DNA from: Polymyxa betae A26-41
Taxonomy: Eukaryota; Protista; Endomyxa: Phytomyxea
Assembly (NCBI GenBank): GCA_003693705.1
Contig: RBZT01000435.1
Span: 265,816-329,815, forward strand
Direction: 5' to 3'
DNA length: 64,000 nt
The translations under genes were made by a program, and so were the position numbers. This document shows, one piece after another, positions 13,133 through 25,651 of the stretch. Position 1 is the first letter of the stretch. Each line of letters starts with the position of its first letter. The notes below the pieces were generated by a model. That model was not told the DNA's origin and made no database searches. It saw nothing but the letters and a program-made list of their open reading frames with translations.

Positions 13133-14455
13133 ATGGCAACTGTTACATTTTATTACCTAGCAACAATCATGATGGTGGCAATGGCCACAGCCGATTATAA
13201 GATGCTTGGGATTGCTCCTGAAGGGACCCAGCTGCTAATTGAATGCCAACCTGGCAACAATATGACTACTATTGTCTCTGCAACTTATGGGGTCGCCAAC
13301 TGTTCAACCAAGAACGTGATGGAAATAGTTGCACCGTTATGCCTTGGCGTGCCTTCTTGCAGCATTCGTGTTGACGACCGAATGTTTGGAGCTGACAATC
13401 GTTGCCAAGGGCAGAAGAAAAACCTTACTGTCGAAGCTATGTGCTCGGAGAAGCCTTCGTTAGCTTCTGAACCGCAGCCTCCAGCAATCGCAGAGTATCT
13501 CTCATTCGGTATGGTTCAGCGGCTTGCCTCAATTGACGGATTGCAACTATCGGAAAATGATGTTCGCGCGCATTTCGATGCTTGTGATCATGATCATGAC
13601 GATAGAATTAGCGATTCCGAAATCGACGAACTACTTCGACGTTTGAACCGTGGCAATGGTGAGGTCAAAAGCGATGAGCCTAAACATAAGAGTGAAAAAC
13701 CTAAGAGCGACAAGGGCGTTATCACAAATTCAACGCTAAACAATTCACCCAGCGACAATACATCAGCCGGGCGACTTCATGAGCTGATTGATACGCTATC
13801 CAGACTGTCGGATGATATCAAGACCTTGCTGAAAGGCAACAAGACTGTATCGCCTGCTTCAAACGCTGGCAACACGACTCCATCACCTGCTCCGAATGGA
13901 TCTATCACTGCTCTATCACCGGCTCGAAATGGTGGTAATACAACCGCCGATAACGAAAGCCAAAAACGTCTTGCTTTCCAGAAAATGATGTCGCCACCTC
14001 CGACGACTGCAATGATACTAACTTCACCACCTCCTATGCCAAAAAAGCAACAGGGTGCACCTAAGAACAGCTCGAGCGTTTTCACCTCCAGAGATGTGAT
14101 CTTGACGAACGGATCTGGCGGTGGCAACGACACCGATCCATTCTCGACACGAACCGTCGTCTACATTCCAACTGGGCAAAGTCGCAAGCTGCTGTGCTCA
14201 GGCCTGATCACCAGTGTCTGGTTCTCAACCTACTGGTGGCCCGACAGTCCGGTGACCGAGCACATTAGTCAGGAGCCGGAATGCAAACACGAGGAGGATG
14301 TGGCTTTGGAGGCCTTGAAACAAATGTGTCTACAGAAACCAGACTGTACGGTAACAACTCCTGCGGCCACCTTAAGCAACAAATGCCCACTATCGTTGAA
14401 ATACGTAACGGTTGCCTACAAATGTACGATATCACCTGCGAAATTGCCACAATAA
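13133..14455 (+). CDS. Secreted protein with 2 SUEL/galactose-rhamnose lectin-like domains, an EF-hand and a S/T/P/N-rich linker
   Basis: Hydrophobic signal peptide; IVSATYG...CLGVPSCSIRVDDRMFGADNRCQGQKKNLTVEAMC; DHDHDDRISDSE EF loop; second domain CLQKPDCTV...CPLSLKYVTVAYKC. Single 440-aa ORF. Confidence 0.8.
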   Translation: MATVTFYYLATIMMVAMATADYKMLGIAPEGTQLLIECQPGNNMTTIVSATYGVANCSTKNVMEIVAPLCLGVPSCSIRVDDRMFGADNRCQGQKKNLTVEAMCSEKPSLASEPQPPAIAEYLSFGMVQRLASIDGLQLSENDVRAHFDACDHDHDDRISDSEIDELLRRLNRGNGEVKSDEPKHKSEKPKSDKGVITNSTLNNSPSDNTSAGRLHELIDTLSRLSDDIKTLLKGNKTVSPASNAGNTTPSPAPNGSITALSPARNGGNTTADNESQKRLAFQKMMSPPPTTAMILTSPPPMPKKQQGAPKNSSSVFTSRDVILTNGSGGGNDTDPFSTRTVVYIPTGQSRKLLCSGLITSVWFSTYWWPDSPVTEHISQEPECKHEEDVALEALKQMCLQKPDCTVTTPAATLSNKCPLSLKYVTVAYKCTISPAKLPQ

Positions 14456-14663
14456 ACGTAGTTTATCATTGTTTGAAACATTGATGTTTCAAGGTGCTTT
14501 TCGAATCAGTTATTCAAACCTTTTACCAGTAGCGAACCGATTATATCGAATGCAATAATATGGTAAAGCTTGAACCGAGATACGAAGACCCAATTCGGGA
14601 AGTTGATAACACGTGACGAATAGTGCGAAGAGGTTGTCTTCGTCATTTTATTAAACGTTGCCA

Positions 14664-15129
14664 ATGGTACGAGCTAAAGTCAAGAAGATCCTGGCGCTGG
14701 CCAAGGGTTTTCGCGGCCGATCGAAGAACTGCTACACGATCGCCAAGCCGCGAGTCGAGAAGGCTCTCCAATATGCCTATGTCGAGCGCAAGCTGCGGAA
14801 GCGGCAGATGCGAAAGCTGTGGATTCAGCAGCTAAACGCTGGCGTTCGGCTGCATGGCGTCCGATATGGGAAGTTCGTCAATGCGTTGAACCAATCGCCA
14901 ATCGAATTGGATCGGAAGATTTTGGCCCAGATCTGCCAAACAGAGCCGTTCACTTTCAAGGGTATCGTTGAGCATTTAACTTCGACCTATAAGATCCCGC
15001 GAATGGAAGATATTCGAAGGTTCCTTTCAAGCGTGTTTACTTTGCTATGGTTTAGTTATTGCCAACAGGGACGAAATTCAACATGGTCTTGTTGCCTCAA
15101 CTTTCCGCCCGGCTGCTGTTCATTTGTAA
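14664..15129 (+). CDS. MRPL20: Mitochondrial ribosomal protein L20 (bL20m)
   Basis: KKILALAKGFRGRSKNCY...KALQYAYVERKLRKRQMRKLWIQQLNAG...LDRKILAQ; one intron near the 3' end. Confidence 0.93.
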
Positions 15130-15673
15130 TTACCTATTGTAGCATAACACTTCATCTATCACGACAAATTATAAATCCTTATTCTCATTGAACTTATAAT
15201 GTGGTTTAAAAGAAGCTGTAATAGGATTTGCACGAAATATTTTTGTTTTAATGGTCGTGTCGTACAAAATTTAATCGATTTCCCTATGACGGAAGAACAG
15301 TATTTTTGCTAAGACTCTGAAAATATGCAACATCTTTATCTATAATTCTTTTTCTTGCCAAAATCGCCCTCTTTTATTAAATCGTGCAGCGATTTAGCAT
15401 CAAGGGAACTGGGTAGAGATAACGGCGCCAAATCTCCAATTCTTGTTCTGTACTTCAGTAACATGGTGACATAAATGAGTGCGCAGAATATGGATAGCCT
15501 GTGACTGACACAGCTAAGTGGCACGACACACAGTGGGTGACGTGGACGCAGCCACTTGCGCAGCAGGCGCGGGCACCCACGATCAACGTGACCTCCCATC
15601 AGCTCATTCTGCGAGTGTCTCTCTCTTGTTTGTATCTCGTCGTTAGTCGATTCGCGTCGCGCCTCTCAGAGCC

Positions 15674-16859
15674 ATGTGTGATGATGAAGTCCAAGCCCTA
15701 GTCGTCGACAACGGTTAGCGGCTCAGCAGCGGTAGCGCTTCGCATAGGCACTGACCCATGTTTCCCAGGATCCGGTATGGTCAAAGCCGGATTCGCTGGC
15801 GATGATGCTCCTCGAGCCGTCTTTCCCTCGATTGTCGGCCGCCCTCGGCATACCGGTATCATGGTTGGCGCTACCCAGAAGGACGCTTACGTCGGAGACG
15901 AGGCCCAAGCCAAGCGTGGTATTCTGACCTTGAAGTACCCGATTGAGCACGGTATTGTCACAAACTGGGATGACATGGAGAAGATCTGGCACCACACCTT
16001 CTACAATGAACTTCGTGTCGCTCCTGAAGAACACCCAGTTCTATTGACTGAAGCTCCTCTGAACCCCAAGGCTAACCGAGAGAAGATGACACAAATCATG
16101 TTCGAGACCTTCAACACCCCTGCCATGTACGTCGCTATTCAGGCTGTCCTTTCTCTGTACGCTTCTGGTCGTACTACTGGTATCGTTCTGGATTGTGGTG
16201 ATGGTGTCTCGCACACTGTTCCGATCTATGAAGGTTATGCTCTGCCTCATGCCATCCTTCGTCTCGATCTGGCCGGCCGTGATTTGACTGACTACCTGAT
16301 GAAGATTCTGACCGAGCGTGGTTACTCCTTCACTACGACGGCTGAACGAGAAATCGTCCGAGACATCAAGGAAAAGCTTGCTTACTGTGCTCTTGATTTT
16401 GACACCGAGATGTCCAACTCTGAACAGTCCTCCGAAGTCGAGAAATCGTACGAACTTCCAGATGGTCAAGTCATCACTGTCGGCAATGAGCGATTCCGGT
16501 GCCCAGAGGTTCTGTTCCAGCCTGCCTTGATCGGTCTTGAACAGGAGGGTATCCACCAGTTGACCTACCAGTCCATCATGAAATGTGATGTTGATATTCG
16601 TAAGGATCTGTACGGCAACATTGTCCTGTCAGGTGGTACTACCATGTTCGATGGCATTGCCGACCGTATCAACAAGGAAGTCACAGCCCTGGCTCCATCT
16701 TCGATCCGTGTCAAAGTTGTTGCTCCTCCAGAACGTAAATACTCTGTATGGATTGGAGGATCCATCTTGTCATCGCTATCGACGTTCCAGCAAATGTGGA
16801 TCAGCAAGGACGAATACGATGAAGCCGGTCCCTCAATTGTTCACCGCAAATGTTTCTAA
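15674..16859 (+). CDS. ACT1: Actin (exon 15674-15713, intron 15714-15768, exon 15769-16859)
   Basis: [34 protein letters not shown]...IVHRKCF; 55-nt GT-AG intron with a CTGAC branch site. Confidence 0.99.
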
Positions 16860-17022
16860 ATCCACGTTTGCTGTCTCATATACCGTGGGATTGTTCCGTT
16901 CTAATTCATTGATAAAATTGCACATTGCTCATATTCAATATTTTTGTATCCAAAGTAGCATCAAAGAATTGTCAGGGAGTGAGTATCATAAAAAGAAATT
17001 GTCAGGATGTGAATGCTTTTAT

Positions 17023-18032
17023 TTATTCAGCGTCTATATCGTCATCACCGTCTACTTGGCGGTTTTGCATTTCGTAAGCTTCCAATTGAGAAGCAAGCAT
17101 CTTCTCATCCTTCTCAGTAACGGCACGAGCTTCTTGCTTGATGTTGATATCACCACCATGTTCAAGAATGCGCTGGCCAATGACATCGCATACTTTCTTA
17201 ATAAGAACAACGCCTTCCTCTTTGTCTAACGAAACAGTGGATATGACATACAGGGGTGGAGCGATTAATTTGATTGACAATGGAAAATCTTCAGTAGTCA
17301 GCTTTAAGCCTTCACTGAGAGCATCTTTAACAGCGTCGATTCCTGCCAAAACAAGTATTAGCAAATCAGAAAAAGAAAGCAAGAACTAGAAGAGCAAAAA
17401 TAGTCTTTACCCTCGTATCTGAAGCAAGTGACTTCGATATCCGCTCTGATCTTGACAGCTTGGGGAGTAAGACGGCGTTCTATTTGCTTCATAAGCTCTT
17501 CCCGCGTATTGGGGCTCATGTTGAGATCCGCGAAGATAGACTCGGGATCAGAAACAGCAACCTTGAAGGCATTGTAGGCATGACCGTATTTCTTGTACAG
17601 TGGCCAAGCAACGGTTTTAAGAAGCTCTTCCACCGGGATGTGAACTTTTGTGGAAACTTGACGCATGATTGAATGGACGGTCTTTGATTTGTTCCATTTC
17701 AACTCGAGCTTCTCGATATCTTCAGACGTCACACGTCGTTTGGATAAATCGATATACCCTTTCTCTTTATCGACACGAAGGACGACAACCGCCTCAGTAC
17801 GACCGACTCGGATAAGCTTATTAACCGAACGGATTCGTCGCCGGGACAGTTCGGAGAGCAAAATCATGCCTTCGACGCCGTTATATTCTAGCAGCGAGAC
17901 ATAGGCCCCCATCTCAGCGATGCTTTTGACCTGAACCATGACGAGCTGGTCGACTTCAGGATACTTCTCCTCGTACATGCGACATTGGAGATCCTGGGCT
18001 GTGAGTTCGTCATCGTTGTCAACCAGCGTCAT
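17023..18032 (-). CDS. EIF2S1: Eukaryotic translation initiation factor 2 alpha
   Basis: [12 protein letters not shown]...[13 protein letters not shown] (Ser51 motif), [21 protein letters not shown]; one intron. Confidence 0.98.
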
Positions 18033-18698
18033 CTTCTCCCAAGAGGAATGTTATCCGCAATAATCTCCGACAGACGGACTCCGGAATATCTAAGAATCTA
18101 TCTTCTGGAAGGGAAAATTCACATTTTATACTTGACCAGGAGTATCTCACATCTGTAAAAAATAACTAACATGTTTGCTCCTCTAAACTGAAAGCAATGC
18201 TGTGAAACAACAGGATAAAAGGTTTGATCAGAAATGAAACGTGACAATAGGTTTCATTATGTAAATTGCTGAAAATATCAGCTACTGACTACTGTAATTC
18301 TTTTATAACTCTTAAATCAGTCTGTGCGCCAAAATACTTTGGCTTGCTGAGTATGTAAGCAGGCCATCATATATTACAGAAACAGCAGGATAGCTTGGTT
18401 TACGAAAGTTCAAATGAGTTTCCACTTTGAATTTGCCGAGCTAAATCAAATTCCACAAATGGCGAATGTCAAGGAATAAGAAGAACTGAGTTCAGATGTT
18501 CTCAAGCATGGGGTTTCGGTGAGTATGCCTGAGAGCTTTCGAATCTCATCTTTAGATAGTGATCAGACTATGAGAGAGAGGGAGCTTATAGACCAGAGAG
18601 CAAAATGATAACAGGTTCCGCAGTAATGAGAAACAAAGTCGGTTCGAATTTCTACCTGAGTCTGTTATATGATTTTGGCGGGCACTATTCAAATTTCT

Positions 18699-20012
18699 AT
18701 GATGCGCCATTCTGGCAAGCGTCCGCCGAGCTTAGGACAGAATCGCACCGATGCTGCCGAAACGTCCTCTAGCGCCGCTAACTTCAGCTTTGAATCGCCG
18801 ATCTTGCTGGCTCAAACCAGCTCTGCTCTCGCGAAGGCCTGCGACCTGGTCGACTTAACGCTCGATTCCGAGAACGACCCCAGGGTGAAGGCGATCGAAT
18901 GTGAGATATCCGAAGACGAGGTGATAGAGATTCACAGCTCACAAACCGAGAAACCGGTGGTTAATGACCCCAATCAATACGACGAAGAATTCGCCGATCT
19001 TGACGATTTCGATCTCTTAGCCTATGCTTCTGAGCGAGCTTCAGGCCATATAAGTAAGCTTGTAGTGGGTTTTCCGATGGGATTTTGAAACGGATTAAGG
19101 ACAAGGTCACTTTACTGCTGTTGAAGAATCCGTCAATTTTGGAAATTACAACGAACAACGATTTGTAGATTCTCAGCTTTCTGCTCCAACGGGTTCTATC
19201 AATTCAGGTAATCTACAAGCTGCGCATGAGGTGTGCTCTGAGTTTTCTCAGACAATGGTTATTACAATGAGCACGATACAAACTACAATTATGGCTCTGC
19301 AGATTACAATGATGGTTACAGAGACAACAATTTTGTTTCCACCAGGACACCGAATTCTCAGAACCAAAATCAACATCTCATCGACTCAAATATAGGGTTT
19401 GCTCTAGATTAAAACCAGAAGATTTTAATAACCGCCCATTTGTAGAGGAGGTCAATTCGATTCATTCAGGACACCGAGTTTTTCAAACCAGGATGGAGAA
19501 ATCGCCCAACCTGTTATTAGGTCTGTTGTTGGATATATGCAAGAGACGCGTGTTAAAATGTTCTCTATAGAGATAACAAGATGGATCCGATCGCACCATA
19601 TGATCATCAAAGCTACCATGATCGTGGCTTCACAGATTTCGAAAGAAGTTATTATATAGAAAGGAGGGCTCCATTAACCGAAGTAACCAATTTTCAAACA
19701 CCACCAGCTGCGCCACCAATGTCTAGATCATATTCGGCTCCAAGGTATTAGTGAATTTTATTATTGGGGCGTGTGCTGATTTCTAACAGAGGGTCTGATG
19801 TTGTAAATAATCGATCGAGACTGCCCCCGGCACCCAGATCAGCACCTACAAACAGCAAGAAGTATTGGCGGAAGAGAAGCCATTATAAACAAGCTGGGGG
19901 TAAGCGAGGGGGAGACGGATCACGAAAATCAGTAAAAACTCTGGCAGCACGATCTCCAGTAACAAAGCAAGAGATAATGGAAAGGATAAATAAATATGGA
20001 ATGGAGATGTAG
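18699..20012 (+). CDS. Hypothetical disordered multi-exon protein with SIM-like motifs and a basic C-terminus
   Basis: ORFs 18669-19088 and 19764-20012 plus intervening exon-like segments with GT/AG boundaries; LVDLTLDSE, EVIEIHSS. Confidence 0.5.
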
Positions 20013-20393
20013 CTCGAATGCAACAGCTCGCTAGTTCGCTGTTGGTGCTGGAATGATGAGTTTGCAGTGTCTTTATAGAATTATAGCTCACGCCAACATT
20101 TATGGCTGGCCTGGCAGCATTCAACCACTCAAAACACCTCACGATGCAATCTTTGGAGATCTTATCCGCCAAAATAAATTCTGTAAGGACCCTGCTATAC
20201 AACGATTGCCTGTATAGTCTATAATGTAGGCTTATGCACGCCATCCCATGGGACATTTCATTTGATTTTCTACTATGGCATAGCGAATGCAAATGAAAGG
20301 ACAAAAAGCGATAAAATTGCACATTTTTTGTTCGGAGTCCGTGGCGGAAATATTCCGATTGATTACTGATTTTCTGCCATCTCGCTGCTAAAA

Positions 20394-21754
20394 ATGAAGG
20401 AACCCGCTAACGATCAACCGTCGTCATGCACGGTTCGATTTGTGACGAAACTACCTGAGGTGGTCCCCGACCAAGGTCTTGCTGTTCCCAGCACTCTATC
20501 GGTTGATGGACTCAGCGACCTCGTTAATCATCTCGTCGATCAAGGTTCGTCGTTTTCTAACTTTTAAATTACACAACTTGTAAACATTTAACTTCAGTGG
20601 TATCTTTTCGCCAAATTTCAGTGTCTGGTTTTAATTCAGTTGAGAGCTGAAATTGAATCTCTAATGTAGATTCACCAATCGATTACGATTTCCTGATCGA
20701 AGGCGAATTCCTTCGCACGTCGCTTGCCGACTACATCACCGCCGCCAACCTGTCCTTCGAATCCGTCCTGACGCTGGAATACACGCATCGGCATCCCGCT
20801 CCGGAGCCGGAATCACGCCTTCCGCACCCCGATTGGATCTCATGCCTGGCCATCACCGGGTCGGTGATCTACACCGGCTGCTACGACAACACCATCAGAC
20901 AATGGACCTCCAGCTCAGACAAGCCGCAGCGCCAGCTGATCGTCCATACAGGGCCCGTGAAGTGCCTGGCGGTCTCGTCGACGACTCTCCTGACTGGCTC
21001 CAAAGACAACACCGTTCGTCTCTGGTCGCTTGATGATATGTCTCCGATTGCGATCGGGTCGCAACATGACGACTCGGTGGAATCGGTGGCATTCTGCCCT
21101 TCTAGACAGGATTTATTCGTCTCTGGATCGTGGCATCACACCATTCGGTTATGGGGTGTTGGGAAAGGCCGCGCCGCCCCAGTTGTAAAAAAATCGAAGT
21201 CGAAACGTGGTTCAGAGACGACCCAGACGGCGCTTATTGAGCGCTCTTGCTTGAGCAACGTCCATAGCCAGACCGTCTCTGATCTATGCTGGCCGGATGC
21301 CGATACGATTTATTCGGTGTCCTGGGATCGGACGCTGTGCCGAATCGACGTCAATGAAGGCACCGTCGTCCAGACCAGGACGCTGACCGACGCAGCATCC
21401 AGTGTCGCTTTCAGCAGCAGCGCTAACCTGATCGCGGTTGGGCATGCGGATCGGGCGGTCCGCCTCTACGATCCAAGGCTGCCGGGCGCTCCTGCCAAAC
21501 TGCTTCGTGGTCATCAGGGCTGGGTTTCGGATCTGGCCTGGGCGCCGGGATCCGCCACAATGTTGGCGTCGAGCTCGTACGATTGCACGTTGAAGGTCTG
21601 GGACGTTCGCAGCACGACGCCGCTGCACACGTTGAAAGCGGATACTGGGGCGGCCGGCGCCAAGACGTTGTGTGTTGATTGGTCGAAGGATGGCGTCATT
21701 GCGTGCGGTGGTACTGATGGCCAGCTGCGTCTGCATCGATCGAAGGCGTGCTGA
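20394..21754 (+). CDS. YTM1: Ribosome biogenesis protein YTM1/WDR12 (NLE + WD40)
   Basis: NLE domain (VRFVTK...LSDLVNHL...DYDFLIEGEFLRTSL...ESVLTLEY) then WD40 repeats (GHQGWVSDLAW...SSSYDCTLKVWDVRS). Confidence 0.92.
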
Positions 21755-21884
21755 TCATGAATTAAACCAGTGTTTATTGCAGCTGGAGTCTGTTCGTTTT
21801 ATTCTGGATAATTAAGCGTGAATGTTACTGCTGCACGTTGATATAGAAGCTTTGAAATATAAAATAAGTAGATTTACAGTAAAG

Positions 21885-24875
21885 TCAAGCCAAGTGGTGA
21901 TGTCGACGCCCGCATGAAGGCGCGTGCAATGGTAGCGGCGGCGAGTCACGCCGTAATGTGAAAACCGATGACCTCGATCCGGTCAGCATTTGCAGCAACT
22001 CCGGTGACGCCAACACACGCTGTAGGGCGCCTTCGTAATCATCTCGTTCGAATACCTTCAGATCTGTCGATGATGCCAGGGCCTCAAGGAACAATCGCGA
22101 CGTGACCCAAGGCGACGGCTGGTACAGTATTACCGGTGCCAATTCCGCCACGTACGGGATGATGGCGCTCTCGAACGGGACCGTCGATTTCTGTTGCCAG
22201 ACCTGTTGCGCCATCAGCAGCAGCAGCGATTTCTCTTCGGCGCTCTGAAGCTTGCGCAACTCGACCATCAACAATTTGACGAAGGCATCGTGAACGAAAT
22301 CTTCACTGGCTGCTGATAGCCGGGTGACGGCTGCCTCGCACAGGTCCTGATTGCATTCCAGCAGCAGGGCGGCGCCCATCCTTAATGGCGGTACCTGCGC
22401 CAGGCAGATTTCGATCAACTTCTGGTAATCGGTCTCAGAGCGCCAATCATGAAGTCGTTGTGTGAAGACGTCTTGATCAAGATGACCTGGCGACGTTTCT
22501 AACAACTGCAACGCTGATAAGATATACAGAGAGAGCATAGGCTGCCGTGGACTGAGATGCCGGAAAAGCTGAAGCAGAGACGACGAAGAAATTCGGAAGG
22601 GTAACGGCATCAACCCTGGCCATAATGAATCCGGGACTGAATCGACATCCGCTATGATTAATCGTAGCTGATCAGCAAAGGGGAGGGCCAGAAACACAGC
22701 TTGATTCGCTAAAATCAGATCACGATGGCCGCGCTCGATGAGAGAATCAACTTCGGGCGTCGACAGAGGGCGCCCGGAACCTTCCGCGCGAATCGCGAGA
22801 TAATCGGCGACAAGACCGTGTTCGCTGCAAAATCGCAACATCAGCTCGTGATCGTTCGTTGTCCGGAGCGAATCCAGTGCTCGACGAACATTGAGGTGTT
22901 TTGAGCGCCGGGCGAATTCGAACAGCTTGCTGTCGTCGCGCGATTCAACGTAGGCGTAGAGCAGACAGAAGAACTGACAATGGGCCAGCTCACAGCGGTT
23001 CTTATCGGAAAGCGAAGTGCGTTTGGCGAGGACGTCGCCGACAATCTGGACAATGTCACAATGACGGGAGGCGTCCATGCAAAGGCGGACGAGTTTGTGG
23101 AACGCCAAATTGCTGCGATTATAGAACTCGAAAGCGACCGGAAAGTTACGCTCGACGTTCCAGGCGCGATCACCGGCAAACTCGAAGAAATCAGCCGGGT
23201 CCAAGCGCAGCGATAACGACAGGAGCGAAATCTGTTCCGGAGACGGCAACAGCGCCTGGCCGGAGCGAGTCACGAACGCGCTGACGACGATCTCGACCAG
23301 GTCAATGATAGTCGACGAACGGAACACACGTCGCACGGCCGTACTGGACCATGTCAGGAGTGGCGGATGATCTTGGACGGGCCTCGGGAGGTAGTTGCCA
23401 ACGACGTAGGCTGAGATCGGCTCCGCGGTTGGGATGGTCTGCATGATGGAAAGGGCGACATCGAAATCGGCGCCGAACTCGAAGTTGACATCGGAAAGCA
23501 CCAACGATACGATTTCAATCTAAAATGCAACGTGTCATTAACAGAATAAATTACACAGGGAACGGAAGCGTGTGGAAATCGAAGTTAGAGCATTGGAGAA
23601 ACGTGGCACAGATAATAAAAGAGGAAAGCGATTCAGGGACAAATGGACTATTTCGACAGATAGAGTGAAAGCCGTCAAGTGTTATGACATTACCCGGTAC
23701 CATCAGTATTACTATGTGTAAATCGATGCCCGCGCTCGGAAATGGTTTATGGTGTAACAAAGGTGGAAGTGATCGGCAAATGAAGACTGAAAGCTGTAAC
23801 GACGGCAAATAATGCAAACGGCAAAGAGACCTTGAGAACGCAATTCGAAAAACTGGTAAGAGAAATCTGACCTTATCGGTAGATATACAGAAAATGTAAT
23901 TATCAAATAGAAAGTGTTGATCTGATTCTGGGACAATCTGTGTAGAGATCGGGCTACCTTTCAGTTCCAGGCTGAACAGTTCCAAGATTGATCGCGATGA
24001 TGTGTAGACCGACCATACAGGTCCCTGCCGAGACACTCAATCTCCGCATGGATCGACCAGCCTTGCACGCCTTTACCTCTCGATGATGTGTCTGCAGCTG
24101 GATACGAACGCCGCTCCGGAATCGTGCCATGCAAACGGCCCGACGCTTCTCCAGCCAATGATAGGCACCAGCAGCGTCTCTCAACAAAAGCCGGCCACGT
24201 TCAAGTCCATGAACGCCCTGAATCTCGACGATATCCACCTAAACCTACAACGTTAGTATGATATAGGTTCAGGAAGGCTGAACTGCTTACATCGACATCG
24301 ATGGCATCCTGCGATGCCAGTTCGACATCCAGTACCAGGGCACCGCCGCGGTTCTTTGCCAGCACTAACTGATCGCGGCCGTCATCACGCCACCAGCAGC
24401 TAGCCTGGGGCCTCACAGGCGCATCCAGCCGGAAATACTCGAATTCGATATGCGGTGATCGAATGGCCTGGTCGATGTCGACGAAATGGACGGATTCGCA
24501 ACCAACTAGCGCCAGACGAGTGCCGTCCGGTGCCAGCACCAAAGCGGCGCACGGATCCGGCTCGGGCAATGCAAAGGATTTCACATAAGGCTGGCAGCGG
24601 CCCACCTGGTAATTCAGCCAAAGGCGTCCGGCGCTGACGACGATCAGCAGCTGCTGACTGTCGCCATAGTAATGGGCGGCAACCAGATCAGCGCCCTGCG
24701 ACGGCGACGAGACGAAGACCGGCGACAATTCGAACAGGGCGACGCCGGTTCCAACCTCCGCCTGGGTCACTGACTCTGCCGGCAGGCCCACGTCCGAGAC
24801 GTCGACGTCGTCATCGACGACGCTGTCGCCGTATTGACCGGCCGTGCTGCTTGTGCTGCAGCGCGACATAGGCAA
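21885..24875 (-). CDS. Hypothetical beta-propeller + alpha-solenoid protein (Vps11/18/39-like architecture possible)
   Basis: Long ORFs 24201-24875 and 21885-23504 with small exons between; FAGDRAW...AFEFYNRSNLAF weakly resembles a CHCR-type repeat. Family uncertain. Confidence 0.5.
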
Positions 24876-25651
24876 TAGGGGCGGATCGCGTCCTGGCCGT
24901 GCGTATACCGTAGCGTCGCGATGCCTGCTTGGTTGGGGGGCGGCGTCTCCCAGTCGGCTTGGCCGGAGCGAAATGCTTCAATAGCCGCTGAATCATTAAC
25001 GTTTTTAGCGGAGAGCATCAGGGATGAGTAATTGGACGGAACTTGTTCATGGAGAAGAACATTCTAAAACCAAACCAGAGCGATAAGATAACTCAGGGAT
25101 GAGTCGTTAACGCAATTCTCGACGAATTGCACTTAGAGAACAGAATCGTCCAACCTTGATTTGAAGTACATTGTTACTAAGAGAGCGTTTAGGAAAGAAT
25201 CATGTTATTAAGCATTCCTTAATACGAGAAATAAACACAATTTACTGTTAGGCTTGTGAGTATGCTCAACCCATAAACTGCTCTGAATTACATTTTCATT
25301 CCATAGCCAAATGAAAGGGTATTAACTCTTCCCCTTGTGCAGAATGAAGCACGGTACCAACCCTGAGAACGGCTTCCAGACATCAGTTGACACGCGGGAT
25401 CGCTAACGCAGATTTTCGTCAAGAGCAACAGCAATCGGATTCATGAAGCAAACCCAATCTAGGTTGAACGCCATGAGCTTTTATCTGATCGAGGATCAGC
25501 TCGCCAGAGGTTGATATTCTTTCTAACGATGTGTAAATGATCGAGTGAATAATGAGTGAAGGTTTTTCGATGAGGGTGGCGAACCCCCCTGAAGAGAAGG
25601 TGGGGCCCATGATCAGGCTCGGACTGCGGCCTCTCCTGACCTGGGAATTTG

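Noticed and set aside
18600-18660. tRNA (GGTTCGAAT T-loop-like motif)
   Set aside because: No cloverleaf stems around it; no tRNA or rRNA genes were recognised in the window.
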